Of a stretch of 64,000 bases of DNA, positions 24,872-38,716 are shown piece by piece. The translations under genes were made by a program, and so were the position numbers. Position 1 is the stretch's first letter. Each line of letters begins with the position of its first letter. Source of the stretch: Paraspadella gotoi (taxonomy: Eukaryota; Animalia; Chaetognatha); the NCBI GenBank assembly GCA_051294375.1, contig CM119268.1, forward strand, positions 20,316,531 through 20,380,530, given 5' to 3'. The notes under the pieces were generated by a model. It did no database searches. It had not been told where the DNA came from and saw only the letters and a list, made by a program, of their open reading frames with translations.

Positions 24872-27800
24872 ATGACCCGTATCCTCCCCTCTTTCCGGCA
24901 CGCCTCCCTCACCTCTCCCTTTCGACGTCACTTTCGCAAAACGTGCCTCAACTCGGCGCCGGACGAGCGCTCTTCCCGGCGCCGATCGAGGACAGTTTGG
25001 AAGATCGGCCAGCGGTCACCGTTCCGGCGCACGGGGGCCTCGAGCAGCCGCCCGTTTGTCCGAGCATCCGGCAATTTTCTTCCGTACGCCACAAGCCCCG
25101 TTCTGTTCGGGATAACGTTAATTGTTAAATTTGATTTTTCAATTGAAAATTGGTATTAGAAATTAGTTTATTAGTTTATAATGGCAACGGGACATTTTAC
25201 CAACTGGCATAGGGGTTGCGGACCCTCGTTGACCGGCTCCTGTTCCTTGCAATGTTTAAACCGGTTCCGTCACATTTAGCCAGAGTATCGGAATACCCAG
25301 GAATCAAACCCGGGACGCACGGTCGCGGCGATGTGACTTTGCCTGCTCAGGCATTAGATGCGTCAGAAGGCCAACCGAGTTAAGGCGGTTTTAAGTCGTA
25401 GTATCATCACTTATATTCTTCCTCGAATTTGATTTTATTAGAATTATCGACGCCCCTCTCCTCGCGGCGCGTCTCCCCGCCAAGCGACGTTTGTCTTTTT
25501 CTCCTTGCCCCGCGACGCCTCGCGACCTCGACGCGGCGGAGCCGGAAGGCGCTGCTACTCCTGCTGCTCTCGGCGCTAGGTTGAGGGCGGACGTCAGTGA
25601 CGCGTCCCTCTCGAGTGAAAAGGATGATGAGGCACCTGTTCTTCGCTTTCTCAAAGAGGCCGCCGAAGCCGACGACTATTCCGATATCACCGACGCCACT
25701 GCACCCGCTGTCGCTTCTTCAAACGAATCCAATTCCCCGATCGCCGCCTCGCGTCGCTGCCTCAACGAGAGGGCGCTCCTCAACCTTTACGACGCCGTTG
25801 GATCCGAAAACGTCCACATAAGAGACTTTGCCGTCAACGGGGTGGTCGACCGCCCGGTTCTTGGGAGTTCTCCTCATTTCTGGAGCGGAGTCGGGGGCCG
25901 CTGGAGTCCGACAGGGCGAGCAGTCTCACTGAGGAATATAGGTCACGTTTCTGGATCCTATTCGCGAAACGGTGATGCTGGGATGATGTCACCTATTTTG
26001 TTAGCGAATGAAATCTGTTACTGAGATTGGCCCGTCATAAGTTTTCTCAGATGATCAAATTCGTATGTCACTCAAACGCTCAATAATAAGAAAAATGATT
26101 ATAAAAGAATAGTAAATAATAATATGTATTTATTATTAATTATTATTTTTATTATTTATTATTAATAAACACATCTGGCAACATGCCTCAACTTGGTGAC
26201 GCATTTTCCACCAACAACAATACACTGAAGAGACGCAACAGACTTCTCCCTATGGGAGGGGGGGATGTATGGTGGACTAAAATCCACCAACCGTTCATCA
26301 GCGGCCATTGGTGCCGGAGGCAAGTCATTCGCCTCCCAACCCAAAAGGTCCGGGGTTCTAGCCCGGTGGTCGTCTGGGGGACGGGGCGCTTAACCCGCCT
26401 GTAACATGGTGTTACAGCCTGATCCGAAGCTCAGGGACTGCTTATATTGAACGGTTCTGTCATTAACACATATCAATAATTACTGTCTCTTCAATATGTA
26501 ATTATGGTTTGCGACGATATTGTAACGCTTTTGCGCATAAGAGGCGTCGTCGTCGTCGGCGTTCCAAATTATAGATCGCCTTTTTTATAATTAAATTTGG
26601 GTGTATGAAGCTGAAAATTTATATACAGCTTCTCATCATCGATGTGCTTAAAATTGGGTCAGGACAGTTATTAAATATGTTTTGTTTACATTTTATCAAA
26701 ACAAACAAATTTCCTCTTTTATTTTTATGTTTTCTTCTCTTTCTCTTTTAATTATATTTAGCTCTCTCTCTCTCTTTTCCCCAGTGCTGATTCATCGAAA
26801 AAAAAAACGAATCTGCAGCTGGCTCTGCAGGGGCTCTTTTTCTCTCTTTTTTTCTTCTGCTTTTTGAGTTTGCAGCTGGCTCTGCAGGGGCTCTCTCTTT
26901 TTCTCTCTTTTCTCCTGCTGCTTCTGCTGCTGCCTTTTGTTTTGATTTTTCTTTTTTCTCTCTCTGCGTCTTTATTAAAAAAAAATTGAATTAGGATTTA
27001 ATTAGGCATCGCATTCGTGCATGTTATCATTTTGCTATGGCAACATCGGGTTTTTATTTGGTTTTTTTTTCTCGGGGACTGCGTCTGCTGATTAGTTTAT
27101 TTTTTGACAATGAAAAAGTTTTTTTTTTCCTTTCCTTTTTTTTCAGAAACTGTAACTTTAATTTTCTTTGGTACTTTATTATTTTTTTAAATTTACAATC
27201 GCAAAATAGAATTTTTCTTTCTGTTTATAAATTTTTTTTTTCTCATTTTATTTTTTTTAGTATCAAAATTTGTTGTTCATCCAGATTTTTCTTATGCGAC
27301 TGCTTTTAAGATTTTTACTATAATAATCGTTCGTGATAAAACCATTATCCTATGATGTGCATTTCCTCAAATCTTTCATTTGACAAAGTGCGTTTTTCCC
27401 TTTCGTACATCAAGCTTCCTCCGTTTCCCTGTCTCCTCGCCAAGACCAACTGGCCGTCCAGTGCGGCATCTGCGGCAAAATCTACGTGAGGACCTGGCAT
27501 TTAGCCAATCACATGCGAATCCACGACGGCAGGGTCTTTCGATGCAACTTTCCCGGCTGTCGTTCTACCAAGGTGTGGGTGGGAGGATGGAGGTTGATCT
27601 TGCCAACTAGTCAACTACTCGATTTTCAATATTTTTTGGGTTCTTTTTGTAGGGTAATTCGAAATACTGTCAAATAAAATAATTAGAATAATTATTACTG
27701 GTGCAATTAATATTCTATCATGTTTGTACTTCCCCACCAACAAGTGAGCATCTGCTCTGCAAACGCGACATCTCCCGAGAGAAAAACGAAAGAAAAATCC

Positions 27801-30800
27801 TCCTCTTTCCCGCCTTCTCTTCCCCATCCCGTACGCTACCTCAGTACGCAGCCACGAGACAACCACTTCTTTTGTTCGCGCTTTTGCGCTTAGTCTCCCG
27901 GCTTTTTTAAAAAAATATTCTTTGAATTAATTTTGCATTTTTTTCGTTTTTTCGTGTTCTCTCAGAATACAGATATTCTTCGACACGTGGCGGTTTGAAA
28001 TTTTTCTTTTCACGGCCGCCATTTTTCCGTTTTTGTTGTGCGTGGCTGCAGGGGGAGAACCTTGATTCTTTCCCCTTGTTTGCTCTCGACGCACCCTGCG
28101 CAGCTGCGGGGGGAAGAACTTTGCTTCGGCCCCCTTGTTTGCCCTGTGCGCACTGTACCTGGCTGCGGGGGTAGCACCTTGTTTCTGCCCCCTTGTTTGC
28201 CCGGTACACTACGGTTTTTGCACTGAGGTGCGTGTTATTCAACTTGTCTACCCTCATTCTTTTCCGCCTTCGTCGCCGCCTCCACCGCCAGCCATTCCGG
28301 GCTGTTCTGGTCAGGCCGAAGCCATGCCTTCTCAGATGGAGACAGTTCTTCTCCAAATTAGCAATGCTTTCTTTAGCGTTCGTCGTGATTTTAAGGAGTT
28401 TCGTCGCTCGTCTCGTTCCGAGTTAGTCTTCGGCGGTGAGTTCCTCTTTGCGTTTTTGTTTTTTCGCCTTTTTGGAGTACATTTGGCGTACAGAGGGGTT
28501 TTCCTCCTGTGCCCCACCTAACTCGACTATTTGTTTTTGTCGGCTTTCGCCTGGTCTTGTTACAGGCTCACTTGTTGGTGGGGAAGAACTACATGATAGA
28601 ATTTATGGTTCCAAATGGAACCGGGATTCTTCATGGTTCTTCCCCACCAACAACCAACCACCGTCCACCCCTGGCACCACTGGTAGTGGAGGGCGGCTCA
28701 GGCTTGCTTGTTTTTGCTTGGTGGGGTGTTTGGGGGTTTTTTTTGAGACCATAATTTTCAATGATTTCTCTTTTTTTCCATGTACGTTTTCTTCATGGTT
28801 CTTGGATGCCGTCGGTATTCATTCTTACGCCAGCGACTTGGAGTCTTCGCGTTCTCTGGCGGCCTCTTCGGTGGCGGATTGGCCTTCACGCCTTTCTCAT
28901 CAAGCCACATCTGCGCGAGTCGACGACGACGCCTCTGTTTCTGGATCAGAGGAGGGTTCCTCCTCTGAAGAGTCTGTTGAGGGGTTTGACAACTTCCTGT
29001 CTTGTCGTGCTTCTGTACAGCCTCCGGAGTGGATGTTACAGCAGTGGAGGTATTTGTGCAGAGTTGGCCAAGACGACATACTTTTACCGTTAGACATTTT
29101 TCCTGCCAACGTGCGTTTCAGGCGCTGGTCGGATGCTTCTTTGCCAGCGGAATTTTGTCCTGCTCGAGTTGCCTTACCGTTCAGTTCGATGTCGTTCGGA
29201 AGGACCCCAAGACGACGCGCCCTTTCAAGGCTTTTGAGCACATCATGAGAGATGCCGGAGCGTCCGCTCATGCTGTCCTTTGTCGCTGATGCTCTCCGCC
29301 TCATGGTTGATGCTCTTTGCTAGGAGGGGCCCGGAGCAATGGACGCAGGCCACCTTGATGATCTTGCCAAGCCCCTTGGAGACGCCTCGTCGGGTTTGGG
29401 GGCGATTTTTGGTTTGGCCCTCTCCGAGATTTGATCTCAAGACAGTTCTGTCCAGTTCCCCGCCCTCCATGGCGTTCTTTTTCGAAGACTGCTTTACAGA
29501 TGTCACTCAAGCGTTCCATTCTTCGCTTTTCCGCTCCGGGGCACCACTCAATTGCACCTGTTCTGCTAGCCACATGCGTGGGTGTGGCAGTCTGCGTAGT
29601 CCCGCTCGCCGTCCCTACAGGCTTTGAAGTCTTCGCCGCCTCCGAAGCATAGGGGCGGGGCTTCATCGACGTCAAAGGACGCTGACTGATCGCCCAACAG
29701 CTCTTTCGGCCGTTGCCTCATCCGGCCGTCAGTTTTCCAGACCCGGTTTTTGTCCATGGACTGGTTTTTGCGGCTTCTCATCCCCCCCTTCTACGATGTC
29801 CGGTCAAGTGATTGTCTGATTCTGTCTTGTGGCTGCGTACTGAGGTAGCGTACGGGAGGGGGAAGAGAAGGCGGGGAAGAGGATTCCTCTTTCGTTTTTC
29901 TTTCGGGAGATGTCACGTTTGCAGAGCAGATGCTTACAGGTTGGTGGGGAAGAACCATGAAGAATCCCGGTTCCATTTGGAACCATAAATTCATCAACTT
30001 GTCTTTACATATTAAGAGCTACAGCATTCCACTGCTGCTGCTAGGGTAGCTAGTGTTTAGGGCGATGTCGCGAGCAGAGGGATAAAAACGTATATATCAA
30101 CCTGTAGCGGGGACACTCTTCTATACAGAAGGCTTCATATTATAAAATGTAGTACTCCTTTATTGTGACCAGAATCTGTTCCCACCAAACTACCCAATCG
30201 AATTTAATGAAATTTTACATTTAGAGTGCTAATAACTATATAAATGAAACTATTTTGATATTCAACCCCTGACAAGAGATACAGGGCCCTGGGGGTGGAC
30301 CCCTGGGGGTGGACCCCTGGGGGGCCAAAAAATGCTAAATTTTTTTTTTTTTTTTCAAATTTTTTTAGTATCATCAGGTGCATTGACGTTTAAAACATAA
30401 GAAAAAAAAATTTTAGAACTAAAATTGATAAATTTGCAATAATTAAGCATGGTTGAAGATGCATTGTTCATCGTTTTACTTCCAATTTCCCGAAATTATT
30501 CCAAATCTGACTATTGATGTTCATGAAGCTAAAAATTATGGTAAATGAATATTTTTGAGGTAATAAATACGTTTTTGTGGAAGAGTAAACGTCTGTGCAA
30601 CTGTTTAAAACAAAAATAATAAAAAATTTTTTTAAAAATTTTTGACCATAAGTGGCAATGAATGGAGAAAATTGGCTTGTAAAATCGGGTTTCATTTTCT
30701 AACTCACTTTTTTAGATTCAATTTTTTTTTCTTATTTTCAGTTTTCTAAAGAAATTTAAAATAAAATAATATTAATATTATTATCTTCTGAAAGCCCTTT

Positions 30801-33443
30801 CAAATCTAAAGAGAATGACATACTTGCTAATACTGTAGTATAAAATTTAACCGGCCCAGCTTTAATTTAACTAGGATACTCAAAAACAAGACATCTTTCT
30901 AAAAATCAATAGCTGGAGGGTAAATTTAAGATTTTTATCAAATTGTGATTGGCTATCTTAAATCTCCTTTTTTCAGGCTCTTTCATGATACTTATATAAA
31001 TAATAATATTTTATGTTATAATAATTTAATCTGGTCATATATTTTAAAAAAAGATTTAAAATTTTAGATAATTAACTTTTGACTCTCTTAATTGAACCAA
31101 GGCTGGGCAGCTTAATTTTTATGTTGGAGCTTTCGTAAGTATATCATTCTCATCATTTTTTTAAGGGCTTTCTGAGGATATTAATATTGTTAATATCTTA
31201 ATAAATACTTTGTTTAAAAAAGAGCTAAAAGTTGAAAAAAAAAAAGAATTTAAAAACAGTGAGTTGGAAAATGAAACCCGATTTTACAAGCCAACTTTCT
31301 CCACTCATTGCCAAGGCATATCTTAACTGATCAATATAAAATTTAAAATTTAATATGTTCTACTCAACTAATTTTTAAAATCAATGAAATAACCACTGGT
31401 TTGAAAATGACAGCGTATTTCTACCGGCGCTTGTAAAATTGTCACCATGTATATATCACTATAATTTTTTTTAAAAATAAATTTATATCTTGAAAAATTT
31501 GATTATTTACTAAAGTGTTCCGTGTTACCCCGCACAACTCTATCGTGTGTCTTTTACATGATTGTTCGCTGATAAGATGAGTTCGTTTTACCCCTGATAT
31601 GTTTTGGTTTTTTTTTTTTTTTTTGAAAAAGGCGATATTTTATTATATTTTTATCAAGGTCGTTTTCATCGTCGTCGTCCACTCGCTCTCGAGAGTCACT
31701 TGGATTCTGGAGTTGTTTACGACTCTCGTGAACGGGGTTCTTGTTATTCTCGAGGGGAAAATGTGTCCTTCATAAAGTCGTCGTTGCCGGGCTTACCGAT
31801 TCGAGGCTCGGCTCCATAGTATTATTACGAATTCCTGACTGTTACCACAACAAAACAATATCGATGTTTCATGCTTCGAATTAGTGATTTTTATCGAATT
31901 TCAGCCCGGGCTCGAACTCGAGACTTAACGGGAGCGCGTTGAACTGACAGTAAAAGCTAGAACGATGTGGCGTCGCTGAGAGATCGACCTCCTTTGGGAC
32001 GCGCGAAGGAAGGGGGGGGGCAACATCGTGGAGAGCTTTTTTTACATGTGATTCAGTCTTCAGATGATGAAAAAAAAAGCAAATAGGAATTCGTTGGTCG
32101 GTTTTTTATTTTCGATTCTTTTAAGATTTGACGGACAGCATAGAAAAAAAAATAGTGAAAGGATAGCGACTATATTATTGCTTACCCGTACTTGCCTCCC
32201 CACCCACTTACCTGTAACCCCTCACTCATAACTCAAAAAAACTACCAATAGTATTGTGGCGGTATATTCACACCGCCTCACGTCCACCATCCTTCAGCCA
32301 AATACATTGGCTCAGAGGGGGAACACACCATCCCAGGCGTAGTGTTCCATCCACAGTCCTAACGACTTCCCTCTGTGTTGGCAAAGCGAGACCGTCCTAG
32401 GGTAACCGCGCCAGTGACTGGAGGCATCACTGAGGGTCGGAAGCCCCCAAAGCCAACAGTGAGATGCCCCATCCCAATGCGCATCACAGGCAACCCGGCT
32501 CTTGCCATAGTATCTTCTTTGTCCACGATTTTGAGGATTGACCAAATGAAGTCCCGCTCCTGCCTGTCCAGGGCTACCTAACCTGCGGCAGCCTCGACCG
32601 TCACAAGCGCCTCAAGCACGATTCGGTGAATTGGCGCAACCACGAGGAGAGGGTGAGGCGAGGCGAGTTGTGCAGCGTCAAGCGACGGGAGATGAAGGAC
32701 GAGCAGAATCCTCGCAGGTACTTACATTACGCTGTAATTCAGATCAAGATGACTCTTCTAGCCCCTTTAAATACTTTTTTCGCAGGTGCTACTCTGATTC
32801 CTGGTTCCATTTCCCGCCATTCGATTATGCTCCTGGCGGCGTATCTCAGCCGGCGCCGAGCCGGGTTTCTCCTCCTCCACTGCCGCCGCCAGCGTCGTCC
32901 CCTTTTTTAGTACATCTCGGCAACGCGGGGAGGAACTCGGCCGCCTCCGTGGTATCGACTTCGCCAACCGTTTCTTCAGTCCCGTTTTCGACCGTTCTCA
33001 TGCCTTCCTCGCCCTTCGGGATCGCTCCTCTCTTTACGACCGAACAACATCCGTTAACCCTCCACGATGAGACGCCGCCGATCTTTGAGCGGCCTTATTC
33101 TCCCTCGGTGTTCAGTAACGTCGCCACAGACGTAGTCGTCAGTACTTCCGACGGCGTCGCCGGCGTCGATTCTTCCATCGCTTGTCAAAATCTCGACCCC
33201 GACTTCGAGGACCTCGCCGGCTCCGCCCAATCGTGGATCGGAAACAGCGTCGCCGAGCGGTTTTTCGCTGCCCACAGTGGAGGTAGCGGCGTCGTCCCTG
33301 ACGAAAAGCAAAATGCTCCGCTGCCGGATTTACCGTTTGGTTCCTGGATTGCCGGCGCTGAATCCTCAGCGTCGGGCCACTCCAATAACAACAACAACAA
33401 TCCACTTTTCTTTTTGAAGAACGCGACCATTAATATTGTCTGA
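24872..33443 (+). CDS. C2H2 zinc-finger protein (two fingers; 5' exons tentative)
   Basis: Exon ~27415/27445-27572 encodes CGICGKIYVRTWHLANHMRIH and CNFPGCRSTK. Splicing to 32572-32717 (GYLTCGSLDRHKRLKH) completes the second finger across a 5-kb intron. The last exon 32786-33443 is Pro/Ser-rich. Upstream GC-rich ORF blocks 24872-~25083 and ~25443-~25970 are probable but their splice sites are uncertain. Confidence 0.7.
25178..25406 (-). mobile_element. Solo LTR-like copy, family 5 (tRNA-like cassette plus degenerate twister at 25204-25283)
   Basis: - strand reads ...CCCGGGTTTGATTCCTGGG...CTGGC-TAA-ATGT-GACGG-AACCGGTT-TAA-ACAT-TGC...AGGG-TCCGCAAC-CCCT-ATGCCAG...CCCGTTGCCA. The end matches family 2. 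Boundaries are approximate. Confidence 0.65.
26168..26493 (+). mobile_element. 5'-truncated family-1 element (part of interior, PPT, 3' LTR 26266-26493)
   Basis: Near-identical to 53110-53444; GGGAGGGGGGGA-TGTATGG...CTCTTCA. The twister lacks the CAGTTAAGA segment (5' strand of P5). Confidence 0.85.
27712..29992 (+). mobile_element. DIRS-like (tyrosine-recombinase retrotransposon) non-autonomous/degenerate element
   Basis: Inverted terminal repeats at ~27729-27861 and ~29823-29952 with unique outer extensions. An internal complementary region at 28566-28651 is the reverse complement of the joined ends. ATTC is shared at both termini. The interior has broken ORFs; no RT or YR motifs were recognised. 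Confidence 0.85.
30653..31312. repeat. Foldback/MITE with long imperfect inverted repeats
   Basis: TGGCAATGAATGGAGAAAATTGGCTTGTAAAATCGGGTTTCATTTT vs AAAATGAAACCCGATTTTACAAGCCAACTTTCTCCACTCATTGCCA. Confidence 0.75.
32255..32509 (+). mobile_element. Solo LTR, family 3, with twister motif at 32377-32457
   Basis: TGTGGC...GCCATA flanked by the 4-bp TSD GTAT. A box TGGCTCAGAGG and B-like GTTCCATCC. Twister reads GTTGGC..GACCG-TCCTAGGG-TAA-CCGC-GCC-[CAGTGA/TCACTG]-AGGG-TCGGAAGC-CCC..GCCAAC. Confidence 0.85.
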
Positions 33444-34801
33444 ATGTCGCATCAGATATTGTTTAAACTTTAACCACACATTGGCATAATTAGATTTAGA
33501 AATAATATAATTCGAGATTTTCTTTTTGAATTATGTGTGTGATTTACAAATCACATATGGTGAGTCCGCAACTTAGAAAATAGTGCGGAAAAGAGACCTC
33601 TTTTTTTAACTTATGTTCAGTCATTAGCAACAGAAACTTAAATAGTCAACTTAAACTTAAGTTGAAAACATTTTCTCAGAGGTTGAGCTATATTTCCTAC
33701 CAGTTAGCTATGGTATGCATTTAGCTTTGCCTCACTTCAAAGGAAAACTTTGTTTGCTTCCAAACTAGATTGTTTAATGTTTAACTGTGTAGGAGATTTT
33801 ACGCACTCTTGTACCAGTTTTAAGCATTTGCCGAGTTGAAAAAAAAAATTTATCAACCTTTTATTTATTTTTCTTTTACAGTATTTTTTTCGCGGACGCG
33901 ATTATTTACTGAAAATTGTTTTTCTTTTCTGTTTCGCAAACTTAATTGCGTCGTTCGTTCTTATTTCCTCCACTGCTGTTCTGTTATTTTTTATTGTCAG
34001 CAGTTTCAAATTATTTACAGCCTCAATGACATTGGCTGTCATTTTTACATTATTCCGCGAAAGGAACCTCTTACATAAAGGTTTTTCTTCGTATTTTCTT
34101 TTCAATTATCCTTTCCTTTCCTTTCAGACTTTTGTTTCTCTTGTCTAAATTCAAGTCCGACGAGAGCATCGCTCCTCCATCTACGCCGCCCACGTTTACT
34201 AGACAGACACACAAAGCCAAACACATCACAAGCAGCGTGCACAGCGGCCGGCCGAACTGCGCCTCCGTCGCCGCGAATATATGTCACAGAATCTCGACCA
34301 CACCCACGTTATTTGGAATCTCACTTTCGTTGCGCCCACCAGACCTTAAAAGGTAAAAAAACTGAGTTAAGTGAGTCAGGCGTTGCTCTTTTTTTCCTCT
34401 TTTGGTCGAGGCTCTTACCATTTCTTCTTTTTTTTCTGCTTCGATCTTTGGTACAAAACCTGGGGAATTACCTTTTTCGCTCGATTTTTTCCGATAGACG
34501 ACGACGACGACCACCATGACGACGATAGTATTAATACGTCGTTGGTTTCTTATTGTGAATGAGAATCGCGTTGATTCCATTAATATGCCGCCCTTGGATA
34601 TCGAAGTGCTTGACCGATTAAATTCAATAAAAAATAATCCCTGCGCTGAAATTATCTCAATTAGAAGTCAAATAAGAACCTAAGCTCTCTGCAAAAAAGT
34701 GACATCCGCAATCTTTTCATAGCGACGTTTGCCCATTATTACAGCGCCTCCACTCCACTCCTCTCCTCCACTCCACCCTCCAGTCGCCTTCCGCTTCAAT
34801 T

Positions 34802-37996
<3,195 letters not shown>

Positions 37997-38497
37997 TGGG
38001 GTCGGGGAATGGAAGGGCCCCGACCCTCTTTGGTCAAGAAGAGGAGAAAGAGAGAAATGAAATGTGATTGTGGTTCCAAATTCGAGTTCCGCTCTAATCG
38101 AGGCGTAGCTCGGATGAGGCCGCCTTTTGCTTTTAGGTTTCCTCTGGACGCCAGACGCTGGATGGCGAAGATGAGAACTGGCATGACCTTAAATTTTTTC
38201 AGCTTCGAATATCGGATACGATGACCCATTTATTTAGTAATTTTTGACTAATTTATTTAGATTAATGTTAATCCATGAACTTTAAATTATATTAGAAATT
38301 TTTTTTTACAATTTGTGATCGTTAATTTGCATTTTTTGGCTCGCCGTTTACCATTTCGGAGAAAAAACGTTATACAATTTGTTTATTTTTTCCGAGTTTT
38401 TTTGAAAAAAATTTGTCCAACTGAGCTGAACAAAGTTGAATGTCGGGTTCCAGTTCGTTAGTTTGTTGAGACGTTCCGATGTCCTAGACAGGCAGTC

Positions 38498-38716
38498 ATG
38501 ACAACTAGGCAACGACGCCGAGCGCCAACTCCTTTTCCGTCGGCGTCTTCCTCGTTTCCGGCGCCGACGCCTCCTAAGATCAAGTCCAGAAAAGAACAGG
38601 ACGATTTCTACGAGTCCCTCGGCGTCTCCGCGCAGCTCAAGACGCGCGACGACATCATCGACAATGATTACGAAGACGACTTCCTCTCAGCGCCGATCTC
38701 TACCTTCGCATCCTCC
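38498..38716 (+). CDS. Probable first coding exon (MTTRQRRR...), possibly of the SENP gene; a further candidate exon lies near 41838-42190
   Basis: ATG-initiated GC-rich ORF with coding-like composition and a GT at ~38717. It lies upstream of the Ulp1 exons on the same strand. The linkage is inferred. Confidence 0.45.

Noticed and set aside
34100-34335. GC-rich patch upstream of RTCB with a hydrophobic reading frame on the - strand
   Set aside because: No start codon or exon chain could be established; it may be promoter or UTR sequence.
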